NCBI GenBank assembly: GCA_964016885.1
Contig: OZ024756.1
Location: forward strand, 25,978,001-26,042,000
Direction: 5' to 3'
Length of the DNA: 64,000 bases
From: Eledone cirrhosa
Taxonomy: Eukaryota
In this document: positions 10,657 to 35,314 of the stretch, in pieces
Numbering within the stretch: position 1 is the first letter of the stretch
Layout of the letters: each line of letters starts with the position of its first letter
Notes under the pieces: model-generated
What the model was told of the DNA's origin: nothing
The model's input: the letters and a program-made list of their open reading frames with translations, nothing else
Database searches by the model: none
Made by a program: the position numbers and the translations under genes

Positions 10657-13581
10657 ACAGGAGACTTAATCTCAAGGATTACAACAGGTGGATAGTATGT
10701 AAGGGGATGGGGTAGCAGATTATGATATCACTGGGAAAAAAATACAAATTAAGATACATTAACAAACAAGGTGGAGAGAAAAAAATGCCGATATTTAAAA
10801 ATATTAAAGTCAGATTAAATAATTGTTTCTACTTTAGGCACAAGGCCAGCAATTACCCAGTGCATTACTGGTACTTTATTTTATCGACCCCGTAAGGATG
10901 AAAGGCAAAGTCAACCTCGGCGGGATTTGAACTCAGATCGTAAAGGGACATAACTATGCTGGAAAGCATGGCGTCCGACTCTCTACCGATACTGCCAAAT
11001 ACTTAAATATGGTAGGCCTTAAGTTTTTCAGACTAAACATAAATGAGGGCATAAAATTAACAAACTTGATATTTGAATGTGATTAAAAAAAAATTATGTT
11101 GTTGTTTAGCCCCATGTCTGCCCTGATTGAGCAGAACTTATGATGAAAGGCTTTCCAGCTGAGACCATGCCCAATTATTGCCATCAAGATCTCCAGTGTT
11201 CTCAAACTGCCATTTTCCTCCACAAAATTTGGAGGAGTACTTGCTGCCTGAGGAAGGAGTCCCTGTAAGGTGGAGTGGCTGATGCAGTGGGTGTTACTGG
11301 TTGTTCTCTGTAGCAATGCCTTTATCCATTTGGGATGTATAGTCTACTGCTTCCTCTCCCACCCAAACTGGAGTGTAGTCTGTCACTCCCTCTCCCACCT
11401 AAACTGGAGTGTTGTCTGTCACTGCCTCTCCCACCCAAACTAGGGTGTAGAGTCTGTTACTCACTCTCCCACCAAAACTAGGGTGTAGAGTCTGTTACTC
11501 CCTCTCCCACCCAAACTGGGGTGTAGAGTCTGTCACTCCCTCTCCCACCTAAACTGGGGTGTAGTTTGTCATTCCCTCTCCCACCCAAACTGGGGTGTAG
11601 AGTCTGTCATTCCCTCTCCCACCCAAACTGGGGTGTAGAGTCTGTTACTCCCTCTCCCACCCAAACTGGGGTGTAGAGTCTGTCACTCCCTCCCACCTTT
11701 CCTCTTATATTATTTAATTTTCTTTGTTTTTACAAACATTATATAATTTAATTGAAATATGTTTAATATTTATTACATTTCTATTTTAAAGTTAGACAAC
11801 AAAGTCACAGCATCTTATGTGGGTCACAGTTGTATAGGGTCACAGTTGTCTGGGGGTCACAATTGTATGGGGTCAAAGTTGCATGTGGCCACAATTGTAT
11901 GGATGGCCACAGTTGTATGAGGGAGGGGGGAGAGTCCCAGTTGTATGGGTGGATCACAATTGTAAGGGGGTCCCAATTGTATGTGGGTCACTGTAGTATG
12001 TGGGTCAGTTATATGTAGGTCACAGTAGTATGTGGGTCCCAGTTGTATGGATGGATCACAATTGTAAGGGGGGTCCCAATTGTATGTGGGTCAGTTATAT
12101 GTAGGTCAGTTATATGTAGGTCACAGTTATGTGGGTCAGTCACAGCTGTATGTGGGTCACAGTCCCAGTTGTAAGGGGGGGCAGTCTCAGTTGTAAGGGG
12201 GTCAGTCACAGTTGTATGTGGGTGTCAGTGGACCAGTTCTTATTCAACTAAAAAAAGAACCTTCTTATATATTTTATCGACTTTGACAAAACGTTGTTAG
12301 AGACATAACTTTAGTCTCCATCCCTTCCAACTTTCTTCCTTCATAAACTTCTTAATAATTCAGATGTTTAAATAAATTTTTGCCGAGATACATTTTCGAA
12401 GATGTAGATTACGATGATGTTAATGAAATTAATTAATATATTTCCCTGCAATTCCTAACTGTTTGCGTTTCAGTATAAAATCTATGACAATATCCTGATT
12501 AATATTATTCCTTAAGAATATGAAAGTGGAAGGCATGATGAACGAATTTTTAAGATCAAAAGGATTCAGTAAATGAAAGCATTAATGAATAAAACTATAC
12601 AATAAACTCCGAGGAACGGGAGAGAGGATTGATTACCAGAATCTTGGAGGTTAAATTAGTTTGACAGCACACGAAAAAATTCGAAGAAAAATAATTTTCC
12701 CCACCCACTGAAATCGATTGGGGTGTTCTATAATACCAAAATGTATTCCAAATGTGTTAAGAGTTAGTTTTAGGGTAGGGTTTTACGGTCAATTTAATAA
12801 GTTTTCTGTAATTAATCAACCCTAAATTGACAGCCATACAAACAGGAATTCGGATTATATTATCTTATTTATAATGATTTATCAAGGAGTGAAGGTGGGT
12901 CTATTCTGGAGAAGCACCGCAAAGCCTTGTAAAGAACATTTTGTAATTATTTTCTCTCAATAAACATCCCTTGCGCTTCAAATTTATAAAACGGGACCAT
13001 GACAAGTGACATTTACACTTCTGTAAAAAAAATAAAACAATGGTGACCTAAGTAAAGCTGCTAATGTAAGTTTTACATAATTGATTATGTAGGTAACAAG
13101 GACTAACTTACAGAGGTGGGGGAGGGGTATATAGAAACATTTCACAGAACCATATATATACAATGGGGTTTAGGGAACTAACAATATCTTGCGTTGATAC
13201 CCAGTCGCAAGAAAATAATCGCCTGAATTAATCTCAGTACATAATTTGTGCTTATTTTCTTTAAAGGCCCCAAATTTGATTTCGACATCGGTAGGATTTA
13301 AACTTAGAATAGAGAAAGGCTAAAGTGCATGCTTTAAAATATTTCGTTCGACGTGCCACAATTTCTGTCATCACCACCACTACCATCATCTGCTTCAGTA
13401 CAAGAACAATAATAATATTTTTAGTATAAAAGCTGCAGGAACTCACCTCAACCAGGGAGAAGTTGATTTCAACGTCCGACTTGACGAAACCTCCACAACC
13501 AAGAACACCATCACACAGAGATCTAGTAGGAATGTAAATAAATAAACACAGACAGAAGATTAACATTTCCCCCACCATCAT
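24..13581 (-). CDS. NOMO: NOMO (nodal modulator / BOS complex subunit), 5' part, 13 coding exons; gene continues beyond left edge
   Basis: Joined exons 13447-13581, 9619-9754, 8728-8828, 7940-8046, 7274-7346, 6298-6375, 5606-5680, 4823-4951, 3727-3816, 2889-2945, 2167-2366, 1271-1451, 24-165. All GT-AG with matching phases (~501 codons). Signal peptide followed by GCGGFVKSDVEINFSLVE-MKLYT..KYQTDCAPNNGYYLVPLYDKGDF, matching the NOMO N-terminus. Confidence 0.95.
205..775 (+). mobile_element. Three tandem tRNA-derived SINE copies (family A)
   Basis: B-box GAGTTCAAATCC plus core CTTTGCCTTTCATCCTTACGGGGTCGATAAAATAAAGTACCAG (Nin/Deu-domain-like) and ATT-repeat tail. Confidence 0.8.
935..1230. repeat. 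~25/50-bp tandem repeat
   Basis: aacacagatttcatgaaaagtagccaacccagatttcatggaaactcacc. Confidence 0.9.
1271..1451 (-). CDS. NOMO: NOMO exon 12
   Basis: FSVCGKVNIDEIPKG..VDTDMQGHFCAMLEPGKYIFK; AG/GT flanks. Confidence 0.92.
2167..2366 (-). CDS. NOMO: NOMO exon 11
   Basis: GSGIGGAKITVSGK..TSPDGSYLLENMKAGKYSIQ..KITPNTPHLHDIIAS; AG/GT flanks. Confidence 0.94.
2889..2945 (-). CDS. NOMO: NOMO exon 10
   Basis: KEFQVAGFSVSGRILDAIQ; AG/GT flanks. Confidence 0.9.
3040..3680. repeat. 21-bp GT-rich minisatellite
   Basis: (gatggtagtggtggtgttgt-like)n. Confidence 0.95.
3727..3816 (-). CDS. NOMO: NOMO exon 9
   Basis: IPFYKGEHITFDVVPEKMVFQVKHNSVVLR; AG/GT flanks. Confidence 0.93.
4823..4951 (-). CDS. NOMO: NOMO exon 8
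   Basis: LVSSCEKSAIKG...ICHMSSKEDGTFSFPSLPTGQYYL; AG/GT flanks. Confidence 0.93.
5606..5680 (-). CDS. NOMO: NOMO exon 7
   Basis: GHVFSEGEPIKGVHFLLYSDTVNPQ; AG/GT flanks. Confidence 0.92.
5960..6240. repeat. GGT/TAG low-complexity tract
   Basis: Degenerate trinucleotide repeats. Confidence 0.85.
6298..6375 (-). CDS. NOMO: NOMO exon 6
   Basis: SEIKVTVSSDNVFISDDLIVAGYDVN; AG/GT flanks. Confidence 0.9.
6950..7212. repeat. GAT/GGT low-complexity tract
   Basis: Degenerate trinucleotide repeats. Confidence 0.85.
7274..7346 (-). CDS. NOMO: NOMO exon 5
   Basis: YYFRKVLPGEYIIKGQHPIWEFEK; AG/GT flanks. Confidence 0.92.
7600..7920. repeat. ~52-bp tandem repeat
   Basis: ggtagatacaccaccatctcacaac.. 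units. Confidence 0.85.
7940..8046 (-). CDS. NOMO: NOMO exon 4
   Basis: VLSNGEKTGPGGVKLSLVTADTSEVLQTTVTKEGD; AG/GT flanks. Confidence 0.92.
8240..8700. repeat. ~40-bp tandem repeat with CA tract
   Basis: accagaccattctaccagtcaatagtct(ac)n units. Confidence 0.9.
8728..8828 (-). CDS. NOMO: NOMO exon 3
   Basis: EPESVRLHVDGSTDKCSLGEDINFQFKGFSIRGM; AG/GT flanks. Confidence 0.93.
9619..9754 (-). CDS. NOMO: NOMO exon 2
   Basis: cag|MKLYTLQGSIKYQTDCAPNNGYYLVPLYDKGDFILQVEPPPGWSF|gtaagt. Confidence 0.95.
9830..10145 (+). mobile_element. Internally deleted mariner element (MITE)
   Basis: TA|TTGGGTTGGCCAAAA...TTTTAGCCAACCCAA|TA terminal inverted repeats; internal MENQNEHYQHIMLFYSKK..CAVYGEDA resembles a mariner transposase N-terminus. 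Confidence 0.85.
10818..11000 (-). mobile_element. SINE family A
   Basis: Near-identical to 47717-47908 and 24145-24285; further copies at ~14218, 18540, 24305, 27055, 32640, 37920, 48192, 48960, 49147, 57800, 58477. Confidence 0.8.
11335..11700. repeat. ~40-bp tandem repeat
   Basis: ctcccacccaaactggggtgtagagtctgtcactccct units. Confidence 0.9.
11810..12230. repeat. ~20-bp degenerate tandem repeat
   Basis: gggtcacagttgtatgt units. Confidence 0.85.
13447..13581 (-). CDS. NOMO: NOMO coding exon 1
   Basis: ATG at 13581; MMVGEMLIFCLCLF...GCGGFVKSDVEINFSLVE; donor gtgagt. Confidence 0.93.
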
Positions 13582-13690
13582 TTTAAATGAGTTCGGTTTT
13601 CGTGTTGGAAGGAATTAAAAAGAAGTACAACCGGACCAGAGGGGCACGAGAGATAGAAACACGAGACGGCGACAAGCTTGTTCTAATGTA

Positions 13691-13763
13691 AAGAACATAA
13701 AACTCGCTGAGTGTACTTCCGCCGGTTGACTATTAGTTAGTCACACTAGAGTTATGTCCCCTT
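13691..13763 (-). promoter_or_regulatory. NOMO promoter region with ETS-type site
   Basis: CCGGCGGAAGT (minus) at ~13715-13725, ~135 bp upstream of the ATG, in a locally CpG-rich segment. Confidence 0.45.
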
Positions 13764-16740
13764 AATAGCTTGTGAATGAGTTAAGGTTTTACATTCGTCT
13801 CTCCCTACTGGTATGGGTTTGACGAAGTCCGTAGCTTATTATATCGGTTGAATGGGTATTAAACAACTGAGAATACAAAACTTACTCCCACCCTTCTACA
13901 GGATGCACGTCTGCCCCAGGGTTAACCCCCCCCACCTCCCCCACTGGTACTCATTTTTACCGAGTGAACTGAAGCAATGTAAAATATATTGCATTGCGCA
14001 AGGACATAACGCGTAACGCGGTCTGGGATTCGAACCCACGATTTTATAATCGTAAACCCAACACTCTACCCAGGTATCTCAAACACGCAACAGAACAATT
14101 TTCGTGACTAAGTAAAATTTGTCCCCCCTACATTTTGTACTAATTCACATATCCCACTTATGTGCTTATTCATTTTGAAGGATAAATAAATAACAGCATA
14201 TCAGTTGTATTGCAGATTAGCGGATTGGCAGCATCGGTAGAGGGTCGGACGCCATGCTTTGCAGCATAGAGTTACGGCCCTTTACGATCTGAGGTCAAAT
14301 CACGCTGTTAACTTTGCCTTTCATCCTTGCGAGGTCAATAACATATAGTACCAGTAACGTACTGGGATAATTGCTGGCCTTGTGCCAAAAGTAGGAACAA
14401 TTATTACTGATGGCAGTCATGCCCCCTCATCTTATTTTTGGTCCATTGGCCCTTTTCAGGTTCAGACCCCTGCCCTAAACACTAGGCCATGTGCCTTCAC
14501 ATTACCCTAGTATAAAGGGACGCTCTTTCAGAGGATGCTTAGCTATTCCACTACCCCAGACACACTATCACCTGTGGCAATGGTGTGAGTGCCTTGGTTG
14601 GCCTCTATAAAATATTTAAAGAATACCAACTTTCCTTATGGTGTCACTGTTGACATTTCTAAAAAGTGGAGTATCAGATGATGGGACTGGCTATTCCAGA
14701 GGCTTCACTTCGTTATCACTTGTAGCAATGCCATGTCTTGACTTAAACACAAACATAACTTGTAGAGTGTAATTTAGTGAGCATATCTTCTGTTTCTTTA
14801 TATTTGTTTCTTTTTTCATTAATTTCCTTTTGTAAATCATAAACATTATTTAACTCTTAATGTCCTATACCACATGAAGCCACTTTACTTTGTATGACTA
14901 TGACAACTTTTGAATGAATAAGCAATTTTTAAATTGCTTAGTCAGGGAGGTAAGGCCAGCAGCCATAATCATTTTACACTGATTCTGAGACTGGTGGGTG
15001 GAGGAGAGAGACAGAGAGTAAAGTATCCTTAACCCTGAGATCTGGTTTAAATGCTTGAGATAGATGGTGTTAAACTGGGTGATAGATTATACTTACCACC
15101 CAAATAGCCCTGTGGGATTTGAACTCAGAACACAAACAACTGGAACAAGTACCACAAAGCATTTTATTGATATTTTAACAATTCCAACAATCCACTTTAA
15201 TAGACTGCTGCTTTATTTTATCGACCCAAAAGAATGAAAGGTAAAGTTGACCTCATGTAGTATTTGAAAGCAAAACACAGAAAACTGGAACAAATACTGC
15301 AAGATATTTTGTCCTACTCTACCAAACTGCTGAGGACTTCAACAAATACTTACCAGACTTATTAGAATTTGGTGTTTCTTGTTTCTAAACTCTTGATGAT
15401 TGGTCATAGATTAGTTTACAAACTCATATACAGATTTAGAGTGGTTGCACTTGTGGAAATCAGTTACACTTTGGCAGATTAACTTTTCCAGCCACCTGCA
15501 TTTGCTGTAGAAGAGAGCTTTACCTGTAGTAAAAGACATGCACTTGCTGCAGAAACCAGTTGCACTTGTAAAGCAAGCTAACAAAACACTCATATAACAG
15601 GATGAGCACTATAAATTTGATAAGTCAATCCAGTTTTGTTTGTTTCCTATTTATAACTGAGCTGAATGGACAGTCATTTTATGTGTTGTTGAGTCCCATG
15701 TCAGCCTCAATTGTCTATGATTAAATGCTTGCTAGTGTATCTAGTATCACGTCAACCATGTCCTTCCTTTTTAATACAGTGAACTATGATTATAGGAGAA
15801 TTGGGTGCTGTTTCTAGTAGATCAAACAGCATCATAGAGGCTCCTCCTCATCTCAACATTTAAGCATTCAGTTCCTGGTATAACAGTGTCAAAATATCAA
15901 CCCCTGACCAGAATTATCAACTCAACCCTTTCATAGTAGTGTTTCTCATGAAATACATTTAAATTCATCACTATTTTTAAACTTCAAATAATAAACAAGA
16001 AAAGAGAAAAATCATTAGGTATTGTAAAGAGAGGTGGTGGTGAAGGGGAACAGCTGATTGTACACCCCCCTGGCTAGGCAGTATATCTCAGCTGCACCTC
16101 AAACAAGATGGTGAAAGTATTGTTACAAAGATGAACCAGTAACATCTGCTACATCAGGCATTCAACCCCACAGAACTCCTTCAGATGGGATGTACTTCTA
16201 ATTTTGTGGAGGAAAATGGCAGTTTGAGGTTTGGGGACATTGGAGATCTCCATGTAGACCTGCACAAGTAAGAATTGGTCAATCAAGTACTGGTATTTGG
16301 TTATCTTCTGCTTCTCTGTAGCAGATTAACCCTTTAGCATTTAAACTGGCCATATCCAGCCAGAATTCTCTCACCTCTTTCTGTTCAAACCGGCCATAAC
16401 CAGCCTCCTCATACTGGCGTTGAGGCATTGTTCTCAAAATAAATAATATCAAAATCCCATAGATTCGATATTATGTGAGCTAAAGTGGTTACCTTGAAAA
16501 TACAATAGTAAATATAGGGTAATGTGAATGCTAAAGATCAACCCTTTTCAAATGAAAAAAGTGGTTATCCCTTCCGGACACTTAATTAATGAAGAATTTG
16601 GAGGAATTTACTAAAATTATTTATTACTTCATTACTAAGATAGCGTTTGAAGATAAATTAACAAAAGGTTCTTATTAAAAAAATTATGTAGGAAGATATT
16701 TAAATTGGGATCCTTTAAAATGGATAGTTTTGTTTCATAG

Positions 16741-16879
16741 AACCTGAACTGATGTTAGGGTTGAGAGTGGAGTAAGTACTGGATGCATGACTTGACATTG
16801 GACTGTGGTTCTTTGGAGATGATCCAGGACTGACTTACTACCAGAACTAGGAGTGCAATATATAGATGAACCAGCACCA
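16741..16879 (-). pseudogene. Duplicated fragment of TMEM209 exon 4
   Basis: Aligns to 28391-28528 with a 9-nt insertion, a 7-nt deletion and few substitutions. Confidence 0.85.
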
Positions 16880-17378
16880 ATGTTATATCAAGCTGGAAAT
16901 TAAATAGACATAAAAACAAAAACACAGTTTTTAGATAAAATTTTTATTTTCTTTTATTTTATATATATACATTATCCTCATCATCATTTAACGTCCATTT
17001 TTCCATGCTTTCAGGGGTTAAATATATATATGTGTGTGTAGTGTGTGTAGTGTATGCGAAAGTATACTGAGAATAAAAATATGGGGGAAGTTAAAATCCT
17101 GGACATTTGGGGTTGTGGGTGGCAGGGGATGTGATTGTGGAGTATGAGTGAGATGTGAGTGTGGAGTTTGCATGAGATGTGAGTGAGGAATATGAATGAG
17201 ATGTAAAAGTGGAGGGTGTGGAGAGCACTCTACATAAAATATATATACACCAATAGAACCAGTTTGATTATGTTGAGTGGGTCTTTTATTTAAGTGTGTA
17301 ATGGTGTCAATATTTCAATAAAGAGTTTATTTCATGACAGCACTGCACATGTCCACCAAGGAAGATAAGTTGTAGACT

Positions 17379-31353
<13,975 letters not shown>

Positions 31354-33300
31354 CTCTAAATATAATAAATTAATGATGATCATGATGATAAACAATTACA
31401 GTATTAACTCATTAGATCAATAAAATGGGCACCAGACATGAAAAAAAAAGTATGTACTAAGAGTCGATATAGTCAACTAAATTCCTTTAACCCTTTAATG
31501 TTCAAACCGGCCAGAATTCTCTACCTTTTTCTGTTGAAACTGGCTGTAACTGGTTGCTCAAATTGATGTTAAGGTATTGTTCTCAAAATAAATACTTTCA
31601 AAATCCCATAGATTCGATATTATGCGAGATAATTATGTGAGGTAAAGCCTTTACCATGAAAATATAATAGTATATATAGAGTAATGTGAATGCTAAACCC
31701 TTTGATATTAACCCATCTGAAACTGTCTCTGGTTCTATGAATCAAAACCACCTATTTCAAAGAATTCTTTCTTAAATTAAAACTTCATGTGTGTGTGTAT
31801 GTGTGTATATATAATATAAATTTCTTACAGAATTCAAATCACACCATGGTCAACTTTGCCTTTCATCCTTCCAGAATTGTTAAAATAAAGTACTGGGGTC
31901 AATTTAATTGATTCACCCTTCTCTCCTAAATTAGAAACCATGACAATTGGAAAAGTAGATGGTCTCCTCCAGCAAAATTACCAAAGCTGGGTGAAAGTAG
32001 CAAGAATGATAATAGTGAATGAATCTACTACTCTTGGCTTGTGCCTAAGGGGTAGGATACAATTGAAAGAGGGCACTTATTCTTAATGGTCAAGGTGATT
32101 GTGGATCTGTAGAGTTCCACAGTTAGCATTAAGTATTAAACTCTGTAACAGAAGGACTGAATGCATTATATAATTGTATACTATCAGACCTGCCAACCTC
32201 TAAAAACCCAAAAGGGGAGTACCAGGAAAAAAAGGTGCCCCAAAACGAAGAGAAAGAGACAAAATTTGGAAATTTTACATAACGAAAGCTATACCCATTT
32301 TCACAAGAGAAGACATCTCTCACCCACTCCTAAGTGGGTGGGAGATCTCCTCGTCTGACGGTGAAAGTTGACAGGTCTGTACTATGTATACCTAAATTGT
32401 ATACTATTTATAATTGCTAGTGGTGTAAATGAAAGCATATACTATGTTTATATACAATAAACATAAGGGAGACTCGCTATCAAAGAAAAAAATATTTTAC
32501 TCTGTGAACATGTCAATAATGTATCCTTGTTACCCAGTCATGGTTATGTAAGCCAACCCTTTAATATTCTAACTAGTCTTTGTAATTTCACCTTCTTTCG
32601 ATGCCCTTGTGTCAAATAAAGAAATCATTATTATTATCAATACGGCCGAGGTTAACTTTTCTTTTCATCCTCACGGAGTCGAAAAAATAAGCACCAGTAA
32701 CGTACTGAACTCGATTTAAGCAACTTTCCCCTTCCCCCAAAATTGTTGGTCTTGTGCCTAAATCAGAAACCGTTACTATTATCAAAAATGTTGACTGCTT
32801 ACTTCTGACAAAACTGTCTTCTTTTGAGATGTCAGTAATATAGGCGAAACTTCGAAGTAAACGGCCTCTATTAGTAATAAATATCTGACTCTATAAAACG
32901 TCATTCAGTCTTTCATTCTGGATATGTTTATTACACAAACCTAAAAGACACACACATAATATATATATATATATATGTTACTTACATAACTATATATATA
33001 TATATGTAAAAGGTAAACAGGAATAACACAAACGGTACAGTATATGGAAGGAATATATTAGTTTAACGCTTGAAATAGCAGGAAGAATATATATATATCC
33101 TAGTGTCAATAAAATAAAGTACCAGTTAAGTACTAGTCAATACAATCGACTTTCACGTACCCTAAAAATTGCCGGCGTTGTACCTAAATTTGAAATCAGT
33201 ATTACAAATTTAATAATTACAACATTTATGATTTATTAGCCACAAAACATAATAAACGTTATGAACAAAAGTGTGTTATTACTATATATAATACACTTAC

Positions 33301-33412
33301 AAGCTGAACGTATTAATATACTTAGACAACAATACCTTGAGTTGTTTAATAAAACTGTCATCGGAGAAATACGAACAAACCGCGTGGTGAACAGCAGCAA
33401 CAGGAAGTGATA
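33301..33412 (-). other. TMEM209: Probable non-coding first exon / TSS region of TMEM209
   Basis: CpG-containing segment with a gtaagt donor at 33300-33295 and an Inr/ETS-like TATCACTTCCTGTTG at 33412-33398. The ATG exon has an acceptor, so an upstream exon is expected. Confidence 0.5.
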
Positions 33413-33699
33413 TTAAGGAGTGAATAATTTACAACGAATTTTGACACATTTTGAATGCAATTAACATAAAGCACAGTCAGTTGAATTGGACCTGAGTATA
33501 TCACTGATACTTCTTTGGAGGAAGCGATTTTATTGGCCTTTACAAAATAACGAGAAATAAAATTTAAATGAATATATTTACAATATATAAAAATATTTAA
33601 ATGAGAAAGAGAGATAAATCATAAATAATTATTTATCGCAATTGTCCTCCCGTAGTATGAATATTGGGGCGGTTGCCCTGCGTTAGGGCGGAAACCACT

Positions 33700-34823
33700 C
33701 TTTATCAACTAGCTTGAACTCGGCAATCTTTGTCATACGCTTAGCATAGACTTTACTCACTGTAAGTGGAACAATCTCTCTTGTCGCCCTTTTTGAGAAT
33801 TTATATTATCATTCCCAATTACCATTGCTTAGGTGCTTTTCCAGAGATCCAGGTCACCAAATATACACGAGTTAACTATACCTTCTCTTTTTAAGGCTTT
33901 TAACTTCTCGGGCCGAATTTCATCTTCCCCAGTGGCCTTGCCACATTTGAGCTCTTGTGACCTCAGCTTCTGAGGTATTAGTCGCCGCTCTCAGACGCAC
34001 CTCGTGTACATCAGAAGATGTTGTGATTGGGTTTAGGAGACAAGCAAAGCATTCTCTCCACCTCGCGAGGATGCACCTCTCTGAAGAGAAGATAACCCCA
34101 GATGCGTTCTTGATAGGTGTGGAGGATGGCTTCTCATTATGAAGTCGTCGGATGATCTGCCGGAACACTTTATTTGCTGATCTAGTCAAATTCCAGCTTA
34201 ACCCCCAAATTCTCCAACGTCTTGACTTTGGACACCTTTACTGTCTCTGCTGTAGTTTCTCGTGTCTGCTTGTACCGCACTGGGCAAGAAGGGGGACTTA
34301 TTTCCAACCCAAGCTTTGTAAGCCTCCTTCTTTGCTCGGATAGTATCTTTGACCTCTTGATTGAAGCAAGGGGTCTTCTTTCTTGCCAAATGGCGCCGCA
34401 GCATTTAAGAGCTGATGCTGAAACTCCACTCTGTCTCAACGTCTTCAGTTTGCTCAGGGAGTTCTCTGAATTTGGATGCATTAATATCTGCATACCTGGT
34501 CCTGACTTCCTTATCCACCAATGCTTCCCACGTTATCCCGTAGGTCGCCCTGGAGCTGCCAGTTTTGTGGGCTTCTTTGGCTTTAGGTAGTCTCAAGTTA
34601 CAGATAACTAGATGGCGATCAGTTGACAGCTCAGCCCCTCTCTTATCACGAGCATCCAGCACAGAATCAAAGCGATCAGAGAGAATAACAAAATCAATTA
34701 TTGATCTCTGTCCTTGATTCTCCTTGTACATTTATGGATGTCTCTGTGCTGGAGGGGTGGGGTGGGTGTTCGTAATAGAGAGTCCATTGCTAGAACAGAA
34801 GTCTAGTCGGGCTTCTCCATTCG

Positions 34824-34830
<7 letters not shown>
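33700..34830 (-). mobile_element. Decayed RTE-type LINE fragment (AP endonuclease end, linker, RT start)
   Basis: GQRSIIDFVILS..RGAELSTDRHLVICNL, TPCFNQEVKDTIRAKKEAYKAW and ILARWRECFACLLN in shifted frames. Confidence 0.85.
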
Positions 34831-34865
<35 letters not shown>

Positions 34866-34996
34866 GAGGTTATATTTAATTTGTTGGGATTCAACAAGCT
34901 TAAAATTTTTTATAACTGATATAAAGCACTCAACAAATTAGTGGAGTAAATACACAATATATTAATAAATGGAAACTATATTTATAAAACCACATT

Positions 34997-35062
34997 TATT
35001 TTATTATACATATTTCAAGGGCAACCAAGGCAAATTATGGTGCGCTTTCATCAGATAAAATA
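34997..35062 (-). ncRNA. Hammerhead ribozyme motif in a repeat upstream of LSM3
   Basis: tattttat-CTGATGA-AAG..CTT-GAAA-TATGTA-T-A-ataaaata; homologous to 49618-49678. Confidence 0.65.
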
Positions 35063-35231
35063 CAGATTTGTTTTATAAATAAATATTGACATACCCGGAA
35101 AAAAAGACAACCTTAACGGTTGGAGCTTCCTGGATAGTCATGTGTGTGTGTATGTGTATATATATATATATATATACACACACACATATGTATGTGTGTA
35201 ATACACACGAACGTCATTTTCTTCGTTTCGT

Positions 35232-35263
35232 CGGAAGTTGATATTTACTATCACTTCCTGTTG
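35232..35263 (+). promoter_or_regulatory. LSM3 core promoter with ETS-type sites
   Basis: CGGAAGT at 35232 and TATCACTTCCTGTTG at 35249-35263, 30-60 bp upstream of the ATG. Confidence 0.55.
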
Positions 35264-35293
35264 GAGCCGATTTGAAACCAAGCCGCCACAATA

Positions 35294-35314
35294 ATGGCAG
35301 ACGAACAAGAGCAG
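35294..35314 (+). CDS. LSM3: LSM3 exon 1
   Basis: ATG GCA GAC GAA CAA GAG CAG|gtcagc. Confidence 0.88.

Noticed and set aside
32803-32940. Extra upstream coding exon of TMEM209
   Set aside because: It has AG/GT-like ends and an ATG frame, but no similarity to the TMEM209 N-terminus, and the phase fits only with a shifted acceptor; it may be a UTR exon but is unsupported
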